From contig NC_043000.1 in assembly GCF_006345805.1 (NCBI RefSeq), positions 30,566,001 through 30,630,000 of the forward strand: a DNA stretch of 64,000 nucleotides. Direction: 5' to 3'. The position numbers and the translations under genes are program-made. Source of the DNA: Octopus sinensis (lineage: Eukaryota). This document shows positions 13,017-27,292 of the stretch, piece after piece; the stretch's first letter is position 1; each line of letters begins with the position of its first letter. The notes under the pieces are model-generated. The model worked only from the letters and a program-made list of their open reading frames with translations, did no database searches and had not been told where the DNA came from.

Positions 13017-14369
13017 ATGCAGTTAGATTGGCCTCTTCGATTAGAGTATAAATGTATGTAAGTAATGTCTCTGTTTAAAGACGCATGGCTTACTGACTTG
13101 GATATTCGATTCACAATCATAATGTCATAAGTTCGATAGTCGGCGGCGAGTTGTGACCTTAAACAAGATATTTTATTTCGTTATGCTCCCGTCAGCTCAA
13201 CTGGCAAAAATGAATTTTACATGTAATTCAAATTCCCAGTCTTGTTACATTCTGTGTCACGATGGATCTCCCCGAGGACTGCGTCATACTCAGCCACTTG
13301 GATTAATTGGAACACTCGTCGTTGAAACCGGCAAGGTTCCACTTTCTCCTTTTGTGTCTCTGTGTAAAAAGAGAGACGAGCGAATGTCTTCATATTTTCA
13401 AACAAAAACATTATATTTGCAGCTCAACTCATTGCTCTATGCAAAACACGATCGTAATCTACAACTGAACATCCATAACTATTAACATATTTAAGAAAAT
13501 CATAAACATATATATTAACACCACAATTATATTTTTTTCTGTCAGACATTCCTAAGTTTTATTGCTTTGCAAAGTAATAAAGTTAATTAGTCAAAGAAAC
13601 ACATCAAAATTGACTTCACAGCTGCTGATATGATTTTTTTATTTTTATATGCAAGAAAAACGAAAATGAAATCATCTCAAAGAAGAATGGAAATATGAAA
13701 ATAAATGTTGATTGTTACAAATCCACTGCCGGTTGTTTCTGCATCAAATTATTCCGTTTTATAGATTTATTTAGATGTCAGACATTTGTATTTAGTATAT
13801 CAATGGAGGTGCATGGCTTTGTGGTTAGGGTGTTGGGCTTAGGAATATGAGGTTGTGGCTTCGAATCCTGGACCGGGTGACGCGTTGTGCTCTTGAATAA
13901 AAATACCCAAAATGTCATTTCACATTGCTTCTTCCTTCCACTCAGTTGATAAAAGGGTGTGTTCTTGCGACAAGATTGGCTTCCGTCCTGGGAGGGATAT
14001 AAATGCCAGAGAAACCAGGAAACCGGGAATATGCACTTGAGCATAGTCACGTGGTGAATTGGCAGAGCATCAGAGAGAATGGTTTAAAATATTCTTTTCG
14101 AGTTTCTGCAATCTAAGTTCAAGTTCTACCGACTACAACTTTGTCTACTCCAAAATCGCTGGACAATGTATCACACAAATATCGCATTCGATATATCCGT
14201 TTCATTCTGGAATATACAAAATCTACGGGTTTTGTTCGACGAGTTTTATGTTTCGTTTTTTAGGGACAACTTTTAGCATTGGAGAACAGTCAACGGCATT
14301 GGAGATCATGAAAGATTATAGTTATAGTTGAGAAAAGTTAGCTGACATAGAGGATTGGAAGCCATCTGA

Positions 14370-15120
14370 ATATTGGAAAAGATTTACATGTATCGTGATG
14401 ATTTTTTTGTTCCTTCTCCAGCCACGCCTGGCTCATAAGGGCCGGTTTCCCAGTTTCCTTGGTGCATACGTTCCTTACCTGGACGGGACGCCGATCCGTC
14501 GCAGGGGAGCTCCATGATTCAGGAAGAAAGAGTGAGAAAAAGTTGTGACGAAAGAGTCAGCAGAAGTTCGTTATTACCTTCTGCCGGAGCCGCATGGAGC
14601 TTAGGTGTTTTGCTCATAAACACACACACCGCCCGGTCTGAGATTCGAACCCGCGATCCCTCGACCGCGAGTCTGCTGCTCTAACCACTTGGTCATGTGC
14701 CTCCACTGTCGTGATGATTCACGCCTGGCATCGAAATGCCGACAGCATGACTGGTCCTCAATGCACGGTGGATATTGTAAAGGCTGTAAGACAATGACAT
14801 GGACAGCTGCAACGGAGGCTACGAAGCCGTGACGAACGGGAAGGTACGCAATGTGCGTCCCGACAGCCTACGCACACCAGAATTCATACCTGCATCCATG
14901 AACAAGGCACTTAGGCTCTATTCAGACGGCTATGTGAAGCTGCTGGAGACTGTGGATGAATTCTGGCTGGAGAAAGTTACAGCTGGAAGGCCATGTATGT
15001 AGCAACGAGAATGGGTTGCTGGCCATATATGCCTCTGGAAACAGACAGAAGTGGTTGTTGGAGAATTTCTTCGACCTAACAAGTCTAAATTTCTCTTCTT
15101 TTATCCCTCCACCGATTTAG
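14370..15120 (+). mobile_element. Internally deleted Tc1/mariner-superfamily transposase remnant interrupted by a SINE
   Basis: Fragments DMDSCNGGYEAV...RTPEFI and LRLYSDGYVKLLETVDEFWLEKVTAGRPCM*Q...QKWLLENF resemble N-terminal and catalytic parts of DD37D-like transposases. Confidence 0.6.
14405..14706 (-). mobile_element. SINE family C with tail type 3
   Basis: Head GTGGAGGCACATG...GGTTCGAATC; TSD TCGTGATGATT at 14393-14403 and 14709-14719. Confidence 0.85.
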
Positions 15121-15135
15121 TGTGTGTGTGTGTGT

Positions 15136-15174
<39 letters not shown>

Positions 15175-15717
15175 TGTGTGTGTGTGTGTGCGTGTGTACA
15201 TATTTCTTGCGGCTATCACGCACATCCCTCGCACTGACACAGAAGTCAATTACAATGTAGTATAATATAAAAAATCCATGCAACTATAAATCCAGAAAAT
15301 CCGGGGAGTGAAGCTGTTCGGTGGGAAATATAAAAACATTAAGTCAGGAGGTATGATGGACGAACTTACGTAACTTCAACTGACTCTAAGATTAGGTCAT
15401 AAGAATTAATAGGCTTTAGTGAGAACGTGGTAGAATTCTGATGTGAACCCTGGAGCAGGATCTCGAAGTAGATATGAAACTATAAATAATAGCATGTAAA
15501 TATTTCATGTATAAAGACACATATATATATACATATATATATATAGGTGTATATGTGTGTAGGTGTATGTATATTGGCATATATACATACACACACATAT
15601 GTATATATGTGCTTATGCATGCATGTATGTATGTATGTATATTTATGAAAGAGAACGACAAATGCCGAGGCATAAAAAGCTTCTCAATTAATATTCATTA
15701 TTTTATATCATTCTTGT

Positions 15718-16103
15718 GTGGAGGCGCAATGGCCCAGTTAGGGCAGCGGACCCGCGGTCATAGGATCGCGGTTTCGATTCCCAGACCGGGCGTTGTGAGT
15801 GTTTATTGAGCGAAAACACCTAAAAAGCTCCACGAGGCTCCGGCAGGGGATGGTGGTGATCTTTGCTGTACTCTTTCACCACAACTTTCTCTCACTCTTA
15901 CTTCCTGTTTCTGATGTACCTGTATTTCAAAGGGCCGGCCTTGTCACTCTCTGTGTCTCGCTGAATATCCCCGAGAACTACGTTAAGGGTACACGTGTCT
16001 GTGGAGTGCTCAGCCACTTACACGTTAATTTCACGAGCAGGCTGTTCCGTTGATTCGGATCAATCGGAACCCTCATCGTCGTAACCGACGGAGTGCTTCC
16101 ATC
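15718..16103 (+). mobile_element. SINE family C with tail type 2, full length
   Basis: GTGGAGGCGCAATGG head; TSD ATATCATTCTT on both sides. Confidence 0.9.
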
Positions 16104-16204
16104 CATATCATTCTTAAATTTATTGAGGTCTTCCAGCTGTTTCTGATATATCTCAAGTCATAGGCGATTAAGTATGAATATGGGGTTGGCGAATAACTCT
16201 CCCT

Positions 16205-16487
16205 TTTACTCTTTTACTTGTTTCAATCATTTGACTGTGGCCATGCTGAGGCACCGCCTTTAGTCGAGAAAATCGACCTCCTAACTTATTCTCTATAAGT
16301 CTAGTACTTATTCTATCGGTCTGTTTTGCCGAACGGCCAAGTTACGGGGACTTAAACGGCAACGAGAAACTCAGAGTAACAGATTTTGTTAAATTTTCTG
16401 CTGCTTTAAATAAAGCATATTACTCTACCACTGGTATTTGAGTACTCTTTTTTCCACCTTGTTTCACATTTATGTGTTTACTCCGGT

Positions 16488-16550
<63 letters not shown>

Positions 16551-16707
16551 TACGAAGGGCTTCTTTCAGTTTCTGTCTACCAAATCCACTCACAAGGCTG
16601 TGGTCGGCCCGAGCCTATAGTAGGAGGTACTTGCCCAAGGTGCCACGTAGTGGGACTGAACCCGGAGCCATGTGGTTCGTAAGCAAGCTACTTAGCACAC
16701 AGGCACT
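16205..16707 (-). mobile_element. SINE family B carrying a foreign insert (16357-16489) next to its internal (TA)n
   Basis: Tail and head match 31558-31957; the middle is replaced by GGCAACGAGAAACTCAGAGTAAC...CCGGTAG. Confidence 0.8.
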
Positions 16708-16766
16708 AAATTCACTTACTCAACGTACCTATTCATTTAGAACACCAGTGAACTAAATCCCCGTAT

Positions 16767-16798
<32 letters not shown>

Positions 16799-16870
16799 CA
16801 CATATTCCTATAATATATATATATATATATACATGCATACATATATATATATATATATACATACATATAT

Positions 16871-16977
<107 letters not shown>

Positions 16978-18244
16978 TGTATGGTGCAACTGCGTGGATA
17001 ATACCGTACTAAACTCTGGTGCCTCAAGTTAAGTACCTAATTCATCTGAATCTATATTTTGCCTATATGAATGTATACATATATATGCATACGTATATAT
17101 CAATATCTATATATATATATATATACGTCTACATATATATATATATATATCCATATATAAATATCTATATATATGTGCGTGCGTGTGTGTGTATGTCTGT
17201 ATATATGTAATATACACACTATATATTTCTCCGTGTGTTTGCTCATTTGTGTGCATCCGTATGCACGTGCTTCACCAGAGGTGTATATGTGTGGGTCGAA
17301 AATAACATCAGTGAGATTGAGTCGATAAGTGTTAATCGGTTTGTAAGCAAAGAGCAACACTATATATTTGACCTAGACTGTATTGATTACTGGCAATAGC
17401 AAGTGCCGTCTATAATTATATTGTTGCCGATAGAAATCAGCTACATAATTTCAGGGAAATATATTTAAGATTATCAATTGCAGATACAATCGCTCAACGA
17501 TATCTATACGAAATATAAGAATGACTAGTGACTGCGACTTAGAAGCCGTTGGCGCCAACCACTACCGCAACAATGAACTATAAAGAGAACGAAAAGTATT
17601 TAATAATAGTAATAAATGTTTAAATCAGAATCAAAGAATTGCTTAGAAAACATTCCACAGGTGAGGTTTAAAAAGTAGCTATTAGAGGAAAAGCTGATAT
17701 TCTGCATACTGCACTATTAAATAATAATTTAAAGAAAGGGGAGAAATGTTTTTTAAAAATCCGCTCGAGAACTCCGTAAAGCTTTTGGAGAAGGTAACGT
17801 GTTTCCATAAGCTGATGATGATAATGATGACGACGATGACGGCAACGATTATGATGAGGAGGAAGGAGGTGATGATGACGATGACGAGTTCGAAGATGAA
17901 AATGATGATGGTGGTGACGATAATGAAGAAGACAGTAGCGCTGTTGTTGCAGCTGCTGTTGGTGGTGGTGGTCGTTGTTAAGCAAGAAGACGGGTAAGGG
18001 TGATTAGGTGATTGTCTAGGGCTTAAGAGCAGAAGACCCCAGACCTTGGAAAAAAAAAAACATTGTTCGTCTTGTTGTAGTCGAGGGCTATTCGTTGACG
18101 CCCGACACCACTGGGAGGTGGCCCTCGAAGTCGCTGGAAATGGAGATCTCCAGGTCCAAAATTCTTCGACGGCTGTTGTTGCTGCTGCTGCTGTTGGTGG
18201 TGGTGGTAGTGATGGTGGTGCTGGTGATAGTAATGTGAAAACGT

Positions 18245-18292
18245 ATGAGGTTGTATGATATTGAACCAGAGACGCGCCTTTTCGACCGGCGG
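18245..18292 (+). CDS. Candidate first coding exon MRLYDIEPETRLFDRR, unidentified
   Basis: ATG at 18245 opens the only frame reaching the strong donor CGG|GTAAGT at 18293; CpG-richer, trinucleotide-rich upstream region; no partner exon identified. Confidence 0.25.
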
Positions 18293-18559
18293 GTAAGTAC
18301 CATCCTGTATTCCGCAAGAATAGTAACAAAGATCTGAGGTTATTCTACCGTCACCAGACCTGAGGATGGCATTCTTGTCAATTGAATTTCAACACATCGA
18401 ATAACAGCAATTCTTCACGCGAGATGCGATCTCTTTCATAAAACTTAGATTTCTCCTCGTCAGAAAAATTATTTCCTTTTTACGAGGAATGTAGATCCAA
18501 TACTTCTTGATATTTTTCTCATTTATTCAGTTTTTTCGGAAATCATACATCACGTGTTA

Positions 18560-20091
18560 GATTTCCGTCGTATCTCTTACTGAAAATTTCTGGGGAAGTT
18601 TCATTACAGTTAGCTTGCCGCTAGATGTCCCAAATAAGTTTGCAACAATTTTTCATCGATTTCATGACAACATGGAGGTGTGGCTAAATGTTGGTGGGAA
18701 TGTATTAGATCCTGTTATTGTGAACAATGGTGTCAAACAAGGCGCTATTCTAGCGCCAATGCTGCTTTCACTGTATTTTACAGTGGTGTTTGTGATGGCT
18801 TTCAGTGGATGTTCATATGGAAAAACATATCAGATTCCGTACAACTGGGAAACTTTTCAATATAAACGCTTCAGTACAGACTCAAAAGTCAAGTCCTCAT
18901 TTGCTAAGATTATTTCTCTACGCAGGTATCTGTGATCTCTTTGCGCGCACTCAAGAACACAAGCAACACATTAAGGACTCCTTTTCTGATTCACGTTCTC
19001 CGCTTGATCTGACAATAAGTCTTAAAGAGACTTTTGATATACACCATTCTGTTCCAGGAGAGTCATATTTGGAACCAAATTTCCAAGTGTAAAGTCAAAA
19101 AATTCAAATTGTAGATAGGTTTGTGTATCTTGGCAGCTCACTTAGTATTCCACGCACCGTGGCCCATAGGATCTCGATACGGATCAACAAAGCCAGTGAT
19201 ACTTTCAGAAAGGTCGAAAAGCACCAGTGCCACCCCACCCACGTGATATTTCTACTAAAACTACATACTCGTTATGTAGAATGAAGATTTATATAACGAG
19301 TGAGTTGTCCTCCATATTGTAAGCTTGTGAGTTGTAGGTAACCTACTGTAAGCATTTGAAACATTTAGAGCGCTTCCAGCAGCAGTGTCTACGTCGCATT
19401 TTGGGCTTGCTTTGGAAAATAAAGGTGAGTGATGATGAGGTCCTTGAAAAAAGTCTCTGTTGAAGTATTGAGCCAAACATTTCGCAACACTGATTCCGAT
19501 GTGTGGGTTACTTAATGAGAATGGAGAACTACAGGACTCCGAGGCAATTCTTGTATGATGAACCGAGGAATGGTTAGCGTCCATCTCATAAGCCTAAGCT
19601 GAAGTTCAAAGACTGCATATAAACATCCTTGAAGAAATCGAACATCTCGACAAAGAAACTCAATCTGCTCGGACATGATGGAGAAAAGCAAATTATAACG
19701 GAGGTAAGAACTTCGAAATAGCTCGAGAAAATGGAGAGGCTTTTTAGAAAGCGTGGGGATATGAGACTTTCAGGAAATTAGGAGACTAGAGTAAATGAGA
19801 GGCGATGAATGTGGGAGAGTCTGCTTCAGCAGAGCGGGGCTGAAAAGTGACAAAAGAAGCCATGTGCAAGAAGTCGACTTGCATTGCACCATAGACAGCA
19901 TAACAACATGACATGAATCCAGCAAGGTTTTCCTAACAGTTGTGGAGTTTGAAGCGATACATGCATGTGGAGGATGACTAAGATCAAGAGTGACATCCGT
20001 GGTGCTTCAAGTTATGGTTACACTCGAGATCAAGAAAGTGGCCTGGTGCTCCAGCATGACCAGAACTTTCAAGCTGAGACTAGTTAAAGAG
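18560..20091 (+). mobile_element. Decayed RTE-clade LINE (RT domain to 3' end)
   Basis: FHDNMEVWL...NNGVKQGAILAPMLLSLYF, IRFRTTGKLFN, FLYAG (decayed YADD), FVYLGS, C-terminal ECGRVCFSRAGLKSDKRSH zinc-finger-like motif; many frameshifts. Confidence 0.9.
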
Positions 20092-20229
20092 TTGTGTGTA
20101 TGTGTGCGTACGTATAATATATACACATACATACATATATTTAAATATGTACATATATATAGACACATATATATCATACTTACACAAACACACATATACA
20201 TCTATATATATACACACACACACACACAC

Positions 20230-20261
<32 letters not shown>

Positions 20262-20775
20262 ATGCATGTATGTGTGTGTATATATGTATGTATGTGTGTT
20301 TGCATTGTAGCTAAACTCTACCACTACAAAAACATCTTTCACAGAATAAATATTAGAGAAGAAAATAAATTTGGATCCCAGAAAACGAAATCATGAAAAG
20401 ACAAATCTTTTCATATATTATAAGCAAAAATATTTGAGTAAAAAAAAAATGAAAATATGTATTTGCTCAGCCAAACAACAAAAATGATAATAAATAGCAA
20501 CGGTTCGAATAATAAAAGTAATCTTTTAAATCTCTACGCAGTGGGAACATAAATCTTGAGGATAAATTTAGTGCAATCAAAATAAGTGAGGGTGAGAACA
20601 AAACAAAACAGTTTTATATCCCAAAATAGTTGCAGGATATCAACTAATCAAACCCGAACCGGAGATTCTGCAACGAAAATGTTAAACGCCCATGGTTCTA
20701 AGTAAGAAAATCTGAAAGTAGAGATCTTGAATTTGGCAATAATAATAAATAATAATAATAAATAATAATATAATA

Positions 20776-20844
<69 letters not shown>

Positions 20845-20846
<2 letters not shown>

Positions 20847-21300
20847 TGTTTTGTCTTGGTATAAAAGATGGGCTACAGCAAATATTCTGCTCAATACCAC
20901 AGATTTGCTCGTCAGTTGTTTGACCATAACTAGTTGACCTGGTCCCTTGGTGGCTGACGATATGTACATCTGTGATCACGAGCAGATGTAGTGGGGGAAC
21001 ATCATAGACATGTGTTGAGAGGGATTCTTTGGGGTTTGATTAATTCACCTCTGGAAACATGGGTGTTTCGTTCAACATCCTTACGCAATCCTTATTCAGG
21101 GACCTTTTGAGCGGGATGGGTTACTCGACCAGAAGAACATTTGAACTGGGGGCCACCTGCAAGGTCATGCGCTGTTTATCTTAATATGAGATCATGGTTG
21201 TAATGCATGTACCTGGTGTACCCTTATCAAAGGGGTATACTGGGCTTCGTATATTTTACCCCAGTGTCATTTTGATGGCATGCACTGCTCTCTCACTCAA
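20845..21300 (-). mobile_element. Complex-sequence repeat inserted in (AAT)n; possibly a fragment of a TAA-targeting (Dong/R4-like) non-LTR element
   Basis: 455 bp of GC-richer sequence bounded by (AAT)n on both sides; family and strand are inference only. Confidence 0.4.
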
Positions 21301-21314
21301 TAATAATAATAATG

Positions 21315-21406
<92 letters not shown>

Positions 21407-24278
21407 GAAATAGTTAAAGGAGTGAAATCAATAAATGTTTGCTTTGGACTAGTGGACAGTATAAAAATAAAATACGAATTATGTTACTAGGAATAATATT
21501 GGCTGCAGTCCAATGAGTGAAACAAGTAAAATATAAAAGTTCGAAGCATAAACATTTAACGAGTAAAAGAAAAGAAAACAACATACACAAATAGAAAATG
21601 TAATAAAATATTTCTAAGACTACATCAAATGAACAAAAAGAAAAGAACAGAGATGAGACAAATACTACGGAAATACAAGGTAAGAACAAAAACAATAAAA
21701 TTCTCGATAAACATAAGTGCCTAACAATAAATCAGCCATCTTGAAAAGCGAGAACAATTCGTTGAAGAAAACAAGTAGTTGGTCTCAAGACGAAGAATTC
21801 AGAAACACGAAATGGTATCTAAGAGAGAATGTAGTTATTTGAGTGGGGGTTTCGACATTGGAGATGTGGCAACTGACAAGTAAAACAGCAGGACAATTCT
21901 GAGAAGATATAACAAACCAATGTTAACATCTAGAGTAGTTTAGTTTAGTATGTGGACTTGAAAGAATAGAAGAGAGAAAGTAGAAGTGAACAATGATAAA
22001 CTGCCAAACATCTGGCTAAAATACGAAATTATTAACAACAAATAAATTTAAAATTGATGCCATCTACCTCACATAAAATCATGGAAGGATTTGTATACAG
22101 TACTGCACGCTAAATGCCAAATATATGAGACACATTTGCATCCCATACTTATCTTGAGCTCTGCGATGCATTAAGCTCATTATTCTGTGATCGAGGTCAC
22201 AACAACTCAGGAAAGAGACGGCAGTCTTTTGCAGGATTGAAGCCAGCAATTTTACTAGGGAATGGGGCAAGTCAATTACATCAACCCCAGTATTTGACAG
22301 ATACTTTTTTATCGATCCTGGAGGGACAAAACGCAACTTTCATGCTTGCGCGGTTTGGACTCAGAATGTAAAGTGTCGGAAAAATGCTGCTAAGCATTTT
22401 TGTGACGTGCTTAACGATTCTGCCGGCTTATACTTTTATTTGCTTCATGCTGGAGCACGGCCTTTATATGAACGAAACGACCTCTTATTCTTTGTAAGCC
22501 TAGTAGTTATTCTATCGGTCTCTTGCCAAACTGCTAATTTACAGGGACGCAAACACACCAATATCGGTTGTCAGATGATGGTGGGGGGACAAACATCGAC
22601 ACAAAGACACACAAACATATATAGAAATATATATATATTCTTTCAGTTTCCGTCTACCAAATGCACTCACAAGGCTTTGGTCGGCCCGAGGCTATAGTAA
22701 AAGGCACTTGCCCAAACTGCCACGCAATCGGACTGAACCCGAAATCATGGGGTTGGGAAGGAAGCTTCTTACCACACAGCCACGTCTGCGCCTTTGTGTA
22801 TATATTTATTTAAGGGCGTAGAAAATTGTCCACTACGGGGAAAATTTACACATTCATGGATTACGTCTAGTTTTTTTATATTTTTGCTGGACAAAAATCA
22901 GCACAAATCAAGGATTTATTAAAACAGTCATTTTCCGAACCATACCTCCGAACCGTGTTATCCGGCGCGTCTTTTCATTTAAGATGTTGTAACTTGTACC
23001 GAGATAAATCTTGTTGCTATTTCTACCTTGTTGAGCGACTGTTTACACGTTCTTTTATTTGCTAGTGGTCTGGCCAGTTATCTCATGGCATAACCATATT
23101 TAAACACCAATAAATGCATAGAGTCAGTCGCAAGAAATCGATATCAAGAACAGCAAAAAGCATGCCACTATCTGTCTTTTCTTCTAAATATAAAGCAAAG
23201 ACTGGTTTTTGATAAAATGAAAAACTAATGCAACTTAATATAAAAGCAATATTTAAATATGAACTTGTCCTAAATGTTCGATTTAGGTTAAGACAACATT
23301 TAAAATTCAATATAATGTAATTATTAAATTCATCGTAACATTAATGAGAAAAAATTTACATTTCCCTCTGTTAACTAAGAAAATAGCAAGACAAAACAAA
23401 AACAAGCCTAGCAAAACTAACTAAAATATTAAAATAGAATAATTAATAAAAACAAAATATTGTATTAAAAAAACATGAATTTTCATTTCGCTAGCCATTA
23501 CTTTTAAATTGGAAGTTTGGTTGAAAGGAGATGCTAATCATTACAAGACAGTAATTAGTTGATACATAGCAATCTTTCATACTTTAATGATTTCCGTTGG
23601 TATTACTCGCACGATTACGTTTTTAGCGAGGGGTTTCTGGTGCGCATAGTAGATTAGACTGGTCTCCACCAGACTCGTTAACAACTCTTTAAAGAACGGC
23701 AGAGGAAATGCATAACAAACTAATTTCTAAAATATTAAACTTAATATAATTCCGTCCGGCCGTATTCGTATTTGTAGCTTTCGTATGGGAAAATTACAAG
23801 ACGAAAATGGCGATATAATATGAAATGTCAAATATTACTAATGAACACAGTCAAAATTGATTATTGATTATGGGTAAGAGATTTCTCTTAAGAATATATA
23901 CATACTTATTTGTGAGTTTGTGTGTGTATGCGAATGCGTGTGTGGACGATGTTTATGCATACATGCAATCGTTATATATACATATATATATACATATACA
24001 TACATATATATATATATATATACATTTATACATATACATATATATGTATACATATACATATATATGTATATATACATATACATATATATATGTATATATA
24101 TATGTATATATATATATATATATATACATATATATGTATATGTATAAATGTATATATATATATATACGTATATGTATATTTATATGCCTACATATGCATT
24201 CTCTAGTCTTTACATGAACATCGAACATATGTGCGTATGCATGTATATATATATATATATATATAATATATATATATA

Positions 24279-24327
<49 letters not shown>

Positions 24328-26316
24328 TATATGTATGAGTAGGTTGTGATATATATAAACAGAAGAAAAATTGAACTATGTTAGAAGTAAATATACGCAC
24401 ACACATAGACATGCATGCAGACAAACACACACATTCATAATCACACACCTTCTTCTCGTCCTCCTCCTCGTCACCTTTTTCCTTTTTGCCATTTTTTGCT
24501 TCAGTCTACAATATATTTTAAACTGAGAACTTATCATGACTGTCGCTGCACAATCATATACTCTCTATTTCTCTCTGTCTCTCTCCTTTTCTCTGCCTTC
24601 CGATTTCTCTCTGTCTCTTCTCTTTTACCTTGATTCCATCACTCTATCTCTTTATATTCAAAGAAAGATTAAATTGAACACTTGTTCGCTTTCTTTTCTG
24701 TATCTCTTTATTATTTTCTTCAAAGCAACGTAGTCAAAGTATGAAAACACACTCCCTGACAGTGTAAATATATTTCCTCACCAAACTTAACAAAGTGATG
24801 GAGGCCAGAAGCTCCAAACCGTTAAAGAACATGATGACACTTCAGCATAATTGTACGCAAGATATTCGATATTTCTAATATAATTCTACCCAGTTCCACT
24901 TCATTTTATCTCAGAAGGTAAAAATAGATGCACCCCACCTAGGACAGTTTGCAGCAGTATTTCTGTTCTTACGGTATTTGTATCAACGAGCCAAAGTTGT
25001 TTCAGCCCTTTGAAAATTAATTGATGCATGGGTTCACGCTGGACTCATTTGGTGCAGTCAGTTCACAATCATCTTCAAACAGGTCTCGCTCGGAAAAACA
25101 ATCACTTCGGATGCCATGCTATGTTTTGAGGGTGGTTCGTGATAAACATAATAAACGCTTTATTCTTATGCTTAATAAATTGTAATAAATGCAATATATT
25201 CTTACTTCGGAATGTTTTACTCATGGTGAACATTAAAAAGAACTGTATTTCTAGTTTTAGGGCTGCCAAAATGTATCTTGCCTGGAACACCAACTATCCT
25301 ATCACCGGTTCTGATCCTATCTCTTTGGAAAGTTTGTGAAGAAATTTTACATTCAGCAAACTAAAATAAATAAATAAATTACATTGAAAATACATTTTAT
25401 TGTGACTTCAAAGTATTTTACTGCGACAAAATATTTATAGTGTGCAATATTAACATCTAAAGTAGGCAATATTTAATGCAATTCAATGATGCTTTATTGT
25501 TATTGTATTCAAGGGAAATAAATATAGACTCATAAAGATAGAAATTTACTCAGAGAACGTGACATTTGATAATATCGACGCATAATCTAAATAGACTTTC
25601 TTTTCAATGATTTTGTTTTGTTTTGTTTGTGTGGTCATTCTTGTTCTTATTTTACAATTTCTTCATTTTTTTATCTTGGTAAAAGTTTTCCTGTCCAATT
25701 TTAAAAAAAACTACATCGGAAGAAACGGGAATCAGGACCTAATGTTTCAATGTTAATTTGGACTAGTCTTAGTAATTGTTGAATATTTTATGCCGCTAAT
25801 GCTTACTGACGCAGCTTGCACTTCTGCATGGAACCTGTCAACAGCCAATCAAACTGATCCATTTATAATTTTCGAATTCGATAGCATGTAAAACGCACGC
25901 TTTTCAAAACAAATTAATGCAAAATTCGGCCTCCCATAAACATTAAACATTTTATCCCGAATATGTAAAGTTGAAATTGTGCGTCTTTTATGCCATCAAG
26001 TACAGTGAATTTCTTCGGCGATAGCTGTGTCTGTCATTAATTGAACAACCGGCACTTTTGCTGATACCTGGACATTGTTATCCATTTAGAAGAATCTAAT
26101 AAAATCTAGAGTCTATTATTATATTTACGTTATTATTAGTTCCAACCAGTGAGCTGTGACCATTGTCTGAAATTCCTACATTTCCCAGTTATTTCTACAT
26201 AATTCCTGAAAACAATTTATTTAATTGGAAAATGTAAAAACAAAACAAAATATAACAATTATAATAATAACAACAACAACAGCAGCAGCAGCAGCAACAA
26301 CAACAACAACAACAAC

Positions 26317-26407
<91 letters not shown>

Positions 26408-27214
26408 TAATAATAATAATATAATAATAATAATAATAATAATACTGATGATGATGGCGATCAGGATGATTATGCTCATGAACATCGAATACCTGTTTAT
26501 ATGAATTTTAATAAACCACTTCAGACATTGATATCATGTTATAACTGTCAGGAATTGTAATGGAAACTTAGTATATTTCAGATACACAATTAACCACATA
26601 AATTAATATATTGTTAAATATATTGCTCTGACTGCCATGTTTCTCAATGAAAACTTTTTAATTAAAATTCAGCTTATAATTTAAATGTTGAGACTTCAGA
26701 TATAACTAACAGCCCTTTCATATCAAAACAGATAAAGAAATGTCAGTGAATTTCTGGGTAATCAAAATTATTTAGGTCAATTTTTTTTCACCTTATTATA
26801 ATACTTTCAAATGTTAGTTAAATAAGCATGAATATTTCTTCTTTGGAATGTGGGATCTCGAAGCAGATAAGTGATAAACAATAGCGTCTAAATAGTTAAA
26901 TTATCATTGGATAGAAAACGTCGACGCTAACCGTTTCTAATATTTCCACATTATTATTTTTAGCATATGAGCTTCGAGATTCAATATTACGAGAAAATAA
27001 TTATTTCAAGTTCTATGGAAATTTATAATTCTCATGATGTGAACAACACGAAAATATTTTTATTTTAATATCTTATGGTTTTCTAAAGCTCTATTCACCC
27101 TCAAAAATGCTTGTTTATCGTTTTTGAACAGAAAATAAATTTTACCCCTTTTCAGGCAAATGGCGAACGAATTTATCTAACAACCCAACACTACGGATGT
27201 ATATATATTATATC

Positions 27215-27292
<78 letters not shown>

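Noticed and set aside
17682-18329. 215-aa minus ORF with hydrophobic C-terminus
   Set aside because: Several frames are open because of trinucleotide composition; the hydrophobic run is ATC/GTC repeat
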